Source: Epithemia pelagica
Taxonomy: Eukaryota; Protista; Bacillariophyta
Assembly: GCA_946965045.2 (NCBI GenBank)
Contig: OX337234.1
Coordinates: 3,596,001 to 3,660,000, forward strand
Direction: 5' to 3'
DNA: 64,000 bases
The notes below the pieces were generated by a model. That model made no database searches. It was given only the letters and a program-made list of their open reading frames with translations, and was not told the origin of the DNA. Shown piece by piece: positions 13,062-24,342 of the stretch (positions are counted from its first letter, which is position 1; each line of letters opens with the position of its first letter). The position numbers and the translations under genes were made by a program.

Positions 13062-13572
13062 GTGCTTCGTCTCTGGATTCAGGATGGAGGACGAGGATGA
13101 TGGGGAGGTGGAGGTGGTTGGAGAATTTGGACCATGATGGGGTCTTTTTCTTCGTTGTCGTTTCAGGCTTGCCGACGATTGAACCATGATATTGAATGAT
13201 TCGAAATCTGGAGAATGGTGTCTTTTGGGTCGTTTGCGCACTGTCTCTGCTGCTGGTATGTTCATTGCCGCAACAGACAATGGATTGGACATTGAGGTGA
13301 CAAGACATCATGAATGACTTTTTCGTTCGGGGGCACTCTTCATGCTCCACGTGGAGACGGGCGACGGCAAGATCAGCTTCCGGATTGTAAACGAGTCGCG
13401 TTTAAAGGTCGCGGATATGTCGCTTGCGACATCTCGAAGCACTGCCCTGCTTCACCATGGTCATCTTCGCTGTTGTTGAATCGGAGAGACGCGTTCTTTG
13501 CTGTTTGCTGCACCTACCTATTCCAAGCTTGCTGGCTGACAGCGACGCAACATTTGACAGAGTGAAGATACC

Positions 13573-14556
13573 ATGAAGCGAAAGTTCCGGTCCGTGACAC
13601 GGCCCCGAACGCATTTGGAATTGCGAGTGGGAGACAATGCCCTCGTTTCGGTTCGATTGCACATGGAACCACGCCATTTTGAGTGGTTCAACCACAAGGA
13701 GTCGGATGCTCCAAATTCCTCCACAATACCCGACGACAAGAGCAACGAGGTCACTGCCATGTCCTCGTCTCCGCGATGGATGGAATTGTATCACTTGTTG
13801 CAAACGGAAATTTTGCCGCGACACTTACAACAAGAACTGGAAGATGTGTATTGGAACCATCGACCACCAGAACCAGCATCCAAAACAGCCAATTCGTTGG
13901 ATCCACAACGACCACCCGCTCTGTTGGGACCACGAGGCATTGCCATTGGTGAAACGGTCAAGGACAAACCACTTAAATCCACAACGACATTGGAAACGAC
14001 CAAAAAATCAGCCAAGGGCCGTGGTCGTCGCATGACGAAAAAGAAAGAACAAAAACTCGAACAAGAACGATTGGAACAACATCAATTGTTGGAAGGCCGA
14101 ACCAAAAAGCCTCGCGAGTTTTACTTAGCCGAAGGACCAACGATGCAAGTCTGGTACAAACTTGAACCCTTGCATGCGAGCCACAGCAGTTCCTGTACGC
14201 TCGTGTCGTGTGATGTGTCGTCCTCCCAGGACGAGAATAATAATAATACGACGACGACGACGAATAGTGCCACGAAACCAAACGCATTCGCATCCAACAC
14301 CGACTCCAGGACGACAACGACCCGAGCCAACGAGACCGAGTCTCAACATGCTCCTCCTCCTTCTCATTGTCGTGTCCAACGGAGAGCCTTGGAGCCCTTG
14401 TCGCAACGACTTGTACTGTGGTGCCGTCCCTTGATTGATGGCGAACGAAACGCAGAAGACGACTGGAATGAGGGACCGCCACGGATGGACTATCTACCCC
14501 TCTCGTCGCTCTTTGCCTCCTCGAAAACGAAAAAGAGTCGAACGACACAAGCCTAA
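13573..14556 (+). CDS. Hypothetical protein, tentatively SLX4IP/UPF0492-like
   Basis: 327-aa ORF. The N-terminal pattern VRLHMEP..WFN..ELYHLLQTEILPRHLQQELE and C-terminal PLSQRLVLWCRPL resemble SLX4IP as recalled; not verified. Confidence 0.6.
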   Translation: MKRKFRSVTRPRTHLELRVGDNALVSVRLHMEPRHFEWFNHKESDAPNSSTIPDDKSNEVTAMSSSPRWMELYHLLQTEILPRHLQQELEDVYWNHRPPEPASKTANSLDPQRPPALLGPRGIAIGETVKDKPLKSTTTLETTKKSAKGRGRRMTKKKEQKLEQERLEQHQLLEGRTKKPREFYLAEGPTMQVWYKLEPLHASHSSSCTLVSCDVSSSQDENNNNTTTTTNSATKPNAFASNTDSRTTTTRANETESQHAPPPSHCRVQRRALEPLSQRLVLWCRPLIDGERNAEDDWNEGPPRMDYLPLSSLFASSKTKKSRTTQA

Positions 14557-15061
14557 TATAGAGAGTTGCGCGGGTCCGTTCGAACGAACCTTCTTCCTAG
14601 CGACGGAGCAACGGGCGCTGGTTTTCAGTAAGGACTGTCCAACTCCAAACGACGCAGAACCACTGTTTGTCTAAGTATATAGGGTTGCATGGACATTCCA
14701 CATCCTTGTACGAGTACGTTGAATCTTTCACACTGTGTTTGGTTCGAACTGGATATGCCAATGGAAATGGCTCTACCACTGTCGCGACGACAACCGATAG
14801 AGGTAGATAGACAAAGCTATCGACGAAGCTATATGATAGCCATTCTCTTTCCTCGCATCGAATTGATGTTATTATCGTGTCGTAAGGTTACATATGTCTA
14901 TAGAGTCGTAATCTTCTGTCTATATGCGTAATAATCATTCAACACTCAAAGGAGCATGTCACTTTGATGGGTCGTGTCAATGAAAGGCGCTATGGTTTTC
15001 CGGGATTGGGCTTGTAGAATTACTCCATGACATAATACCCGACTCAAAGAGACATAGCCAT

Positions 15062-16446
15062 AAACCCTCGGTATCAGTGTCCACTGCTTAGCTGTTTTTT
15101 GTCTGTGCCACCTTTACAGGTTCCCAGGTGGACACAGACAGCATTTTTCGTTTTTCGTCTGTCTGTCTAACCATTAAAATTCCTCAGGGCTGAAGCAAGG
15201 CCAGCGTGCAAGTGACAGTTGACGGTTGGTGGTTGTCCTCGCCGGGTCACCACGATTCAAATTTGGGCATCCATCATCATCTCAACACCTGTCACAAAAA
15301 CCCAAAACCGAGCCAAATGCTTGACCATGACGGGGGTGAGGTGAGAACAATGGATGGATCATGCTGGACTGAACCGTTTCTCTCTATTGCTGCTTATTAC
15401 TTATCTTGTTGTCTCTTTTCCCTTTTTCTCACGCATCACTGCTTCAGCTGTCTTTCCTATTGTTCTTGCATGATCCTTTACTTTTGTCTCATTTCGTACG
15501 AGTAGATGACAAGCCGCCAGATGTCAACTGGAATATCTTTTCCTTGTCGTAATCGTTTGTTGTTTGATTGTTTTTTGGCTACTGTCATATGCTCTATAGG
15601 ATAGATTATTCTCTCTCGTCTCTCATCATAGCGTCATTCTCAATCATTTCTCAACGCTGTTGTTTTTGCATCAAATAGATGGGAAGCCATCTTGCCACAC
15701 CCTACTGACCAATTATCATATCCTACCTAGGTAGTCGACACAGAGTGCTCAAAGTGAGCGGTACAAGCTTGTGAGAGCTGTTCTGTTGTGTTTTCATAGC
15801 GAAACTGAGGGTCATCATCGTGCTCACAACAAAGAACAAAGCTGCAACGAATTCACCAATTCACAAGGCTCAAAAGTCTCATGGATGACAAGCACTGGCG
15901 TTCTACTACTAGTAAATAAACAAAAGAATGTCTAGAGTATAGAGTTTTTTTAATACAATCAAAGTTATGGCGCTCAGCAAAAACCAGTCATTTCTGTTCG
16001 ACAAGAATGAACAATGGCAAGTAATGAGCTGCCCAGCGACTAAACAGATGAGTAGCGTCTCCCACGAGCAGAGCAAACAAAAGTGGCAAGTGGCAGTGAG
16101 CATGAGTGATGTCATTGACAACATGGCAATTGGCAATGGATCAAGCTCACCTGGAAAGCCAGTAACATTCGTAAGTAGTAAGTACGATGTGCTTTGGCAA
16201 AAGAAAAGAGAATGTGAGCTTGCCCCGAATTATGCAACAACCAACCGTCATCCACCCAGGGGACGCTTGTTGGGCTTGCGTCCGTTTCAAACGTCGAAAA
16301 ATTCAGCTGGGCATGCGTGTCAATTTGTACTTTGATAATTTCTATTTGCATCAAAAGCGAAAAATGCTGTCTGTGTCCACATGGGAACCTGTGAAGGTGG
16401 CACAGACAAAAAACAGCTAAGCAGTGGACACTGATACCGAGGGTTT
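15062..16446. mobile_element. Non-autonomous DNA transposon, 1385 bp, with 89-bp TIRs
   Basis: 15062-15150 (aaaccctcggtatcagtgtcc...) is the reverse complement of 16358-16446 with 2 mismatches. No long ORF and no clean TSD found. Confidence 0.85.
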
Positions 16447-16720
16447 TAATAGTATATAGCGAGACAGTTGCTCCGTGTTCCGAAAAGGGCATGAAGGCAA
16501 GCCTTGAGGCTCAAGCCTCTTGAAATCAAACAGCTTCCTATGGATGAGTTGGGTGTGTTTGAATCGTCCACTATAACAGAAACCGCCTCCCAGGTTGGAG
16601 TACAAAAAGAAAGGGGGAGCCTTTCTCGAAACAATCGCGCAAGAGGAAAGGTCGATCGCATCATTCTCTTCGCTTACCCGCACTCTTCCTTGCTCGATAA
16701 CAACAAACACTGTGGGTGAC

Positions 16721-18301
16721 ATGTCGACGCATTTGGCAAGCACGGAACAGAAAGGCACACAGAGGATGGCTCCCCTGCCACCATCATTCTCATCATCGCA
16801 AGAAGGTCATCCACAATACGACAAAAAATCTACCATCGATGAAGCTACCTCTACAAACAGAGAGCGTTCGACAAGTTCTTCCCAAATGACCGACAATATG
16901 GCACTTGTACTATCACCAGCCATGGTCCAACAAGTGTTGCCCCCCTTGCGAACTCGTATTCGACAATACGTTCACGATATCATCTTGCACTGCGTCCCCT
17001 GGCGCGAATCGGCGGCCTATCAGCACGCGGTTTGGTCCAATCCACAATTGGTCATGGAGCAGGATTCCGATCCCTTGCTCTTTATTCGTTATTATCACTA
17101 CGACAAGAACATTTGGTCCGCGGCGCAACGATTGTGCTTGTATTGGACCGAACGCCTGGCCTTGTTTGGGCGAGATCGGGCCGTATTGCCCCTGACACTG
17201 ACTGGTACGGGTGCCTTGCGGGGTGACGATTTGATGACACTGGAAGCGGGCTTTCCAGCCTTGTTGCCACCCACGGCGACTGGACAGGGTTGTTTGTTGA
17301 TTGATCGACGGAAACGAGTGCCACACGTGGGACACGACAGTGTGATGCGCGCCTTTTTTTATTGCTACCACGTCTTGGCGGAAACCGAGTGTGCGGCCGT
17401 TCCCGGAATCCACCGCTTGGCCGTATCCGTGACACCCCCTCGCGATTGTGGGCATCGCCGCAATCCACAACATCAAACGGTGGATTTGGACTTGATGCAC
17501 AAGGTCAATTCGCTTGTGTCCAACATCTTTCCCGTCCGTGTTCAAGCCATTCATTTACTGTGTTTGGGAGTTCCCTCCTCCACTACGCATGCGCAGTATA
17601 TCATGACCAACAAGCTCATCCAATCCAGTGTGAACGTTATGAAACAATTTCAGGAAACTCCCATGATTCATGTCCATGTCCAATCGGCCCACGAGGACAC
17701 GAAGGCCGACGATACTACCAGCATGGCGTGTCGATTGCAAAAGACCATACCGGGCTTGTCCAAGGAAGGCATTCCTACCTACGTCGGTGGAACGTGGACC
17801 TTTAATCACTTTTATCAATGGTGCCAAGTACGAAAGCAATGGGAAACGACGGCTCGTCCTAGCCGGTGCCAAAACTCAGAGACTCGGGACGTACGGGTTG
17901 CGGATCGAGGCCGACTCCACAACGACAATTCACACCTACTAGCTAATGCGGACACTACTATTCCACAATCGACTGCCGAGAAACCATCAGTACTCAACAA
18001 CACCGCGAATCGTACTTGTGAGAACCAACATTCTATTATGGCACTGGATTCTCACCGACCTGTACAACACGCTCAGCAGCAACACGGAGCACACCAAGAT
18101 GCCGAACAAGACCGTAAAAGGGCCAAGAAACGGTTGTCCGACATGCTCAGTTCTCGACGGAAACGTGAACGGCGACGAGAAGAATTCAAAAGTATTCAGC
18201 AAGAGTCGGAGCGGTTAGTTCGTCAACACAAGGTCCTTCAAATGGAACATGATCGATTGCTCCAATTGTTGCAAGAAGCGAACGAGATGGTGGATGGTTG
18301 A
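16721..18301 (+). CDS. CRAL-TRIO/Sec14-like domain + C-terminal atypical bZIP protein (paralog 1)
   Basis: DPLLFIRY..AAQRLCLYWTERLALFG, FPVRVQAIHLL and GIPTYVGG motifs. Basic region RLSDMLSSRRKRERRR followed by an I/L heptad zipper. Confidence 0.85.
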   Translation: MSTHLASTEQKGTQRMAPLPPSFSSSQEGHPQYDKKSTIDEATSTNRERSTSSSQMTDNMALVLSPAMVQQVLPPLRTRIRQYVHDIILHCVPWRESAAYQHAVWSNPQLVMEQDSDPLLFIRYYHYDKNIWSAAQRLCLYWTERLALFGRDRAVLPLTLTGTGALRGDDLMTLEAGFPALLPPTATGQGCLLIDRRKRVPHVGHDSVMRAFFYCYHVLAETECAAVPGIHRLAVSVTPPRDCGHRRNPQHQTVDLDLMHKVNSLVSNIFPVRVQAIHLLCLGVPSSTTHAQYIMTNKLIQSSVNVMKQFQETPMIHVHVQSAHEDTKADDTTSMACRLQKTIPGLSKEGIPTYVGGTWTFNHFYQWCQVRKQWETTARPSRCQNSETRDVRVADRGRLHNDNSHLLANADTTIPQSTAEKPSVLNNTANRTCENQHSIMALDSHRPVQHAQQQHGAHQDAEQDRKRAKKRLSDMLSSRRKRERRREEFKSIQQESERLVRQHKVLQMEHDRLLQLLQEANEMVDG

Positions 18302-18454
18302 CCAACGACACCATTGTCCCCTTGTTCATGAGCCTCTAGTCCGGATGATCCAAGTCATCTGAAACTGTCACGATGACAAGGCCGAGACTCATGGAGTCAT
18401 ATCCATATCAGAAGTTTCACCAAGCATCTTCAAAGCCTAGCGCCCCTCTCGTCA

Positions 18455-19165
18455 TTACTGGAAACCACCATCTCTTTTGGGACCACGAGGCATTGGGAAA
18501 AGGAGAACGACATCAACAAGTCATGGTCGAGGTCGACGCCTGACGAAAAAGCAAGTCCAAAACTGGCACAAGACCGACTGGAACAAAACCAAGGCTGCAA
18601 GTCCAAAAACCTCGTACTTGATCGAAGGTCACACGATGCAAGTGTGGTACAAACCAAACTCCGTGCATGCCACCACACCAGGTTCCTCTATCCTCGTGGT
18701 TTCCTTCAAGGACAATACTTATAGTGCAAACTAAACGCACCATCACATACGGAGTAGATTACAAGGTCGAGATAGACCCAGATCAATCCACAAGCAAAGG
18801 CTTCATCGCCACCGGAAACTGAGAGCCTTGGAGCCCTTGTCGCAACGAGTTGGGATTTGAAGCAATCCCATGGCCAAATCGCATTCCATACCGAGGACAT
18901 GAACGGAGAAAGAGGATGATGCGGCCTGGAACGTTGGACCTCCATACATGGAGTATTTACTCCTGTCGTCGCTCTTTGCTATATATAACATGTTGCTGGC
19001 TTTGCAACTTCTTGGAATAAGAGTCGAATGCATTCATCGGCATGTTTGCGGTCCTTTTTGGAACAAACGCTCTGGTGGTGAATTCAAAACAGAATTTGAC
19101 GGAGCACTTTGTCACAGATTTATCGACTGAACGAACTCGTAACGACAGACAGAACCACTGTCTTG
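18455..19165 (+). pseudogene. Decayed partial duplicate of the 13573-14556 gene and its 3' flank
   Basis: Collinear shared blocks gggaccacgaggcattg, cgatgcaagt.tggtacaaac, gagagccttggagcccttgtcgcaacga, tcgtcgctctttgc and cagaaccactgt. Frame is broken and the 5' part is missing. Confidence 0.85.
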
Positions 19166-19345
19166 AGTTCCATGGAAGATCAATAGCATTGGAAGCGGAG
19201 GAATGAGTTTGATGGCTCAAACGACAGATGGAATATTGATCGATGAAAATTACTCTTCTGTTTTCGCAGGACAATAAAGTACTCCTAAGGGAGTAATAGG
19301 AGTAGATAGATATCCAACCACCAACCATAGTCGAATGGACCTTTC

Positions 19346-19595
19346 AATAAGATAGCCATCCTACCTTGTCGGCTAGCAGAGAGCTTAACGCATGTGCAGT
19401 TGTTCACGTCTTTCCGTTCTTTATCTCCTATCAATAAGATAGCCATCCTACATCCTGGCGGCTAGCCGATGTGCAGTTGTTGACGTCTTACCGTTCTTTA
19501 TCTCCTATCAACAAGATAGCCATCCTACATCCTGGCGGCTAGCAGAGGGCTTAACGCATGAGGAGTTGTTGACGTCTTACCGTTCCTTATCTCCG
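19346..19595. repeat. Three imperfect tandem repeats of 77-86 bp
   Basis: Unit starts aa(t/c)aagatagccatcctac recur at 19346, 19432 and 19509. Confidence 0.9.
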
Positions 19596-19662
19596 TTGTC
19601 CGTCCATAGTCCATAGTCCGAAATGCGAAAACATCCCATGTACGTGTCAGGGTTGTAAATCT

Positions 19663-19873
19663 ACTTTAATAGCCAGGTTGGGACGAGGAGGAGCTAGGGT
19701 GTGAGGAGTGGCTTAACTCCGAGAAGGGCAATAGCGACGAGGAGTGGACTGCCCCTGTGAGATCCGCGTAAGCGGATCGAGGGGGCAGTCCACGACGAGA
19801 AGCTATTGCCCGACGAGGAGTTAAGCCACGAGGAGCGCCCTGCGACGAGGAGTCCCCCGGGGCTATTAAAGTA
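19663..19873. other. Interrupted long palindrome/hairpin in the hAT left subterminal region
   Basis: Nested inverted arms tactttaatagcc, gtggcttaactcc, gggcaatagc, gtggactgcccc and gatccgc around a GTAA loop (19768-19771), separated by purine-rich GACGAG-type spacers. Confidence 0.9.
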
Positions 19874-20182
19874 TGTTAGCTTCCTTTGTCACGAGGAGTC
19901 GTGCGGGCGCACCCTAGGTAATTTTCGGTCTTCCTAAGTGATCGTTTATCTCTATCGATACTTAGTAATAGTTGGCCTATTTAGCTTTTTACATTCGCGC
20001 CGGTACAGTGTTAGTTAGGTATCTTGCTTGCGTGCTTGCGCACCTTATCCGATTGCTCGCGTTTCTCAATAAGCAACATACTGTCGTGCTTGCGCAACAA
20101 ATCCGATGGCTCGCATCTATCAAATAGGTACATACGACAAGTCGTGTTGTTTACATAGGCGTGACACAGGAATACATAGGTA

Positions 20183-20608
20183 ATGTCTATATATTACTTA
20201 GATCCCCCACCCCCCAACGGACATTCCCACGATAATCTCTCACAGACGACACATTTTGTGCAACAACAATGCAACAACATGATGAGAAAAGGAAGACAAC
20301 CGACCATGGTGACTCCTCCTCCTTCTGGTGGAGTTGCTCATGCTTCCAAACAGGTTGATTGTGGAGTCATAGACCTTTGCACCCCTCCTGATGTAATAGA
20401 TCTTTGTAGTTCGTCTTCGTCGTCTAGTTGCTCATCAGACTCTTCGGGCGAAACTCTCGTCTTTGTCACCAAGGACAATGCAACAGACGAATGGGATGGC
20501 AATCTCTTTCGCCGCTCGGAACTCTACCACGACTGTACTGGGTCATCCGACGACTTCAGCACCTGTAGTTCCGACCCTTGGATCATGGAAATCCTACAGA
20601 GACGGTAA
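20183..20608 (+). CDS. Small hypothetical protein with two VIDL SUMO-interacting-like motifs; may be spliced at gtaagt 20606
   Basis: 141-aa ORF containing GVIDLCTPPDVIDLCSSSSSSS. Confidence 0.4.
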   Translation: MSIYYLDPPPPNGHSHDNLSQTTHFVQQQCNNMMRKGRQPTMVTPPPSGGVAHASKQVDCGVIDLCTPPDVIDLCSSSSSSSCSSDSSGETLVFVTKDNATDEWDGNLFRRSELYHDCTGSSDDFSTCSSDPWIMEILQRR

Positions 20609-20839
20609 GTTTTCGCCGCGTTTCCCACCATTGTCGTGTGTTTTCGTTCCAGACGTCTTCCCAAAATTTCAAACCACCTGCCGTGCGCGCGCGCATGGTT
20701 GAGTCACTGTTCTGTTTCCTACTGATTCCTACGTGTAACCTACGTGTCCGCACTTTCTCGCAAGTGTCACCGTCTTCACTTTCCTCACCCTCATTTTTCA
20801 TTGTGCATCGTTTTTTCATCGTCGTTTCACAGCCTGACC

Positions 20840-23800
20840 ATGGCGACTCGACAATCTCGCCGCCAACTGGAGCGGGCGGCCGCAAGAAACAATATGGACG
20901 CCACAAACTCAACCAATAACGTGAACCCGTACCGAAATCCCGGCCGCCCACCCAACAACCGTGCCAATCGTCCGCCATTAACGGAAGTGAACCTTCCTCC
21001 TTCCCGAAATCCTCGTCGACAACCACAACAACAAGACAACATCCAAGCTACAGAGCAATCAAAGTAAGTGACAGTATGTTTTGTTTCTATTCTTATCTGT
21101 CTCATTCTAACCACCATGTTTCCTTTTTCCCTTCAGCAATGTTGCGAGGCCTGATCCTTCTTCCCGTCGTCACCAGATCGAAGGTCTCGATCTTCCCAAT
21201 GGCGCCAACGACGCCCTTCTCAACGCCGCAACGGTTGTGGAATCTTGCAAAGTGGATACCAAGCTTGTATCCCAAGCTTTGGTCAAACGGAAGCATCTGA
21301 CATGGGATGCCGAAAAGGGCTCCATGCGGATTGGTGAGGTCACCTTCAACCCGCCCACCATGAACTCTTCTCGTGCACGTTCGTTGGCCGCCTGGAGTCA
21401 ATATTGTCGTCTGTCTCCAACCATATACGGCAACAACACCTTCACCATCCGTGACCTCACTGGATGCAAGGCGTCATACGACAAAGAAAAGGCCGCCTCC
21501 GTCAACAAATTTTTGGAGTGTCTTCAAAAGCATCACGAGATGCACTTTCTTCTTGAAATCGTCGAAGATATCGATGAACTGTCGGGTGGAGATACACCAA
21601 CGCCGCTCCTCTTTCTTGCTCTCCGCGGAGTGAAGACTCCATCGAAATTGACATTGTTGAATAGTTGCGTAATGGTTTTTCTCGTGAACCATCGAATGCG
21701 GGGTTTCAATATGGAAACGGATTCGGTGGAGGACCCCAAGTTTTTCTTCCAGCCCAACACAACAATGAAGATGCTGAACCATCTCTTTGCTCTTCTTAAA
21801 ACACACGGGATCGTGATCGCTCAAAGTGATCTCAAACATGGGCTTGGCAATTACCATGCCTACCTTGCCGACATTTGGAACAAGGCAGCCCTCGTCCGAC
21901 CCGAATTTGGCCGCCTACCCAATCGTGCACCAACGGCATTCGACGACGAAGAAAAGATGCGGACATGCGAGCCGGAGCTTCGGCCGTTCGAAGACGGCGA
22001 GTATTCCACGGCTTTGAGCATGGGAGTCTACAAGACTTCCCGAGACTTCGGTCTCCGCGGCCCAGAAGTAAGTTGTTGTTTGTTGTTGTTGTATTTGTTG
22101 ATTGTCGCCGTTGTTGTTGCTGCTGTTGTCTAACAGTTTGGTTGTTGCATGTTGTCTCCAGATAAGACTACTTAAAGTATCCGATTTAATTTTCAAGGCG
22201 TGTCTTGACAAATCGTACGGAATGTTGGCTGGGCTTCCCGCGATTATTCTCAAAGAATCTGTGCTTGAGAAATCGTCGCACCTCGCGACGAACAATCTCG
22301 CCTTTGATCGAGTCGCCAACGATACACAAGACTCGTCGCACATGATCATCGACAACCCAGATGATAAGTTTGCGACGTACAAGATCCTCTTGCACATCAT
22401 GAAAGTGGCGCACCCGCCAGGATGGCAGGGTCTGCTGTTTCTAGAGCAGATACCCGCAAAACACCTCAAGGCCCGCAAGGATGGTGCGAAGCACCTCGGT
22501 TGGACTGAGCTCGTCCCCGAGACTTCACAGAATGACGCGGATGGATCTGGCTTCAAGTGTGCGGGTAGATTGGGCGTGAACTGGCCGTTGAGGAATGCCC
22601 GTCAACTTGCCATTCGTTGCAAGTTTGACAACGCCGAGAAGGTGACGTTCCGGACCGGCCGACGCACCGGAATCTCGAACGTTGCCAACTGTGGAGTACC
22701 ACAGAAGTCGTCGAACTCCTTCGCCCGTCACAAGTCAAGTGAGGTCAACGTACTGTACCAGGACGTCTCGAAAGAAAATCATGTTCGGACCGTCACGGCC
22801 AACTGGTACCGTCCACCCGAAAAGAGCGACGAGGCCGACAAAGAAAACACGAAGAATGGTACGTAGACTCATTGCATGAATCACTCTTTATACTTTGTTA
22901 CTAACTACTCTGCTATTATGTTTAGATGAGAAGGGATCCAAGAAGAAAGAGTCAAAAACCGCTTCATCCCCCTCGTCCTCGTCGTCGTCCTCCACCGACA
23001 TTGAGGCCTTTATGAAAAAGGCCAAGAAGAAGATTCGCCGTCGCAAGGCGTTGCAGCAGCTCAAGGCTGCCAAGAAACAGAATGACGATTCGTCCATCGA
23101 AGACGAGGATTCATTGGCGCGAATCCTTCGTCTCTTGGACGACAAACCATCCAAGTCGTCCAAGTCGCAAACCCATGGTAAGTTGATTGTTGCTTTGTTG
23201 TTTTCTTGGTTGCATCGATCTCATTCCGTCTTCTCTTGACCACAGACACCAAATCCAAGAAAAAACGCAAGAAGAAGAAGAAGAAGAGTAAGTCGATCGC
23301 GGACTCATCATCATCGTCATCTTCATCGGATGGCATGCTTGAAGTTCTTTCCCGATGTCAAAAGAAAAAGAAAACTTCTCCGCCCTCTACCATCGTTGGT
23401 ACGTAGATTGTTTTGTTTTGTTTTGTTTGATTGTTGCTTTATATGTTCTCACTGCCATTCCCTGTTTCATCACCTTCGTCCACTCCAGTGGCTTCTTCAA
23501 AGCCTCCTCCACCACCTCCAGTCGAGCATGAAGCGCCACAACCGCCACCACCAGTCGTTGTACCACCACCAACAACAACAACAACAACAACAACCACGGT
23601 GGCCGTGCAACCACCACCAGCTACGTCAACAATGGACCAACATGCACCACCTCCAAACAGTGCAACAGTCCAAGCACCAACAACAACCACCGTAACAGCC
23701 ATGAAACAACCTCCACTGCCATCTACTGTTACGGCCACGCATCCACACCCAACAGCAACGACTGAGCAACAGCCACCACCACCACCACCACCACCACCAA

Positions 23801-24342
23801 CCATTGCGACCACGGAACCAACGGTATCCGCTGCAGCTCCACCAGCCATTGCGACCACATCAACGTCGCAACCACCTCCACCACCACCAACCATTGCGAC
23901 CACGGAACTGCCACCACCACCCACAAATGTGCCATCGTCAACGGCCCTTGTTCCGACGGAACACCACACCAGCCACCACAATCCCTCTCAGAATCATCAC
24001 GGTGGATATCATCGCAATGACGGTAGTCGAGACCGCGGGGTTGATTGTCGTGTGGAGGAGCACCATCGTGTTGCTTATCATCGCAACAACTGGTACTCCC
24101 CACCTCCACCACCATCCGACTCGCCGCCATATCATCCTCATCATCATTCCCACCACCATTCTTCCCGAGGATACCACCACCGCCCGTACACTCCATCGCC
24201 ACCACCCCCACCGTACTACCGTGACCACATCCACCACCGTGGTGGTGGATACACTCCACCACCTCCACATCATCATCATCATCACCATCATCGTGGTTCG
24301 CGTTACCATGGCGGTAGCCATGGATACGGCTACCACTATTGA
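20840..24342 (+). CDS. Tyrosine recombinase (Crypton/DUF3504-like), 6 exons: 20840-21063, 21137-22067, 22162-22858, 22926-23177, 23246-23398, 23489-24342; 1036 aa
   Basis: Box I FGLRGPE|IRLLKVSDL is joined across an intron; box II is TFRTGRRTG...ARHKS...VLYQ. All five GT-AG introns are phase-consistent. Lys-rich, then Pro/Thr- and His/Pro-rich tail. Confidence 0.85.

Noticed and set aside
14735-14765. tRNA-like GGTTCGAA motif
   Set aside because: No T-stem pairing or cloverleaf; no tRNA or rRNA gene could be supported anywhere in the window.
19346-19595. CRISPR-like reading of this and the 44755-45470 arrays
   Set aside because: Units are wholly repeated with no unique spacers, there are no cas genes, and the context is eukaryotic.
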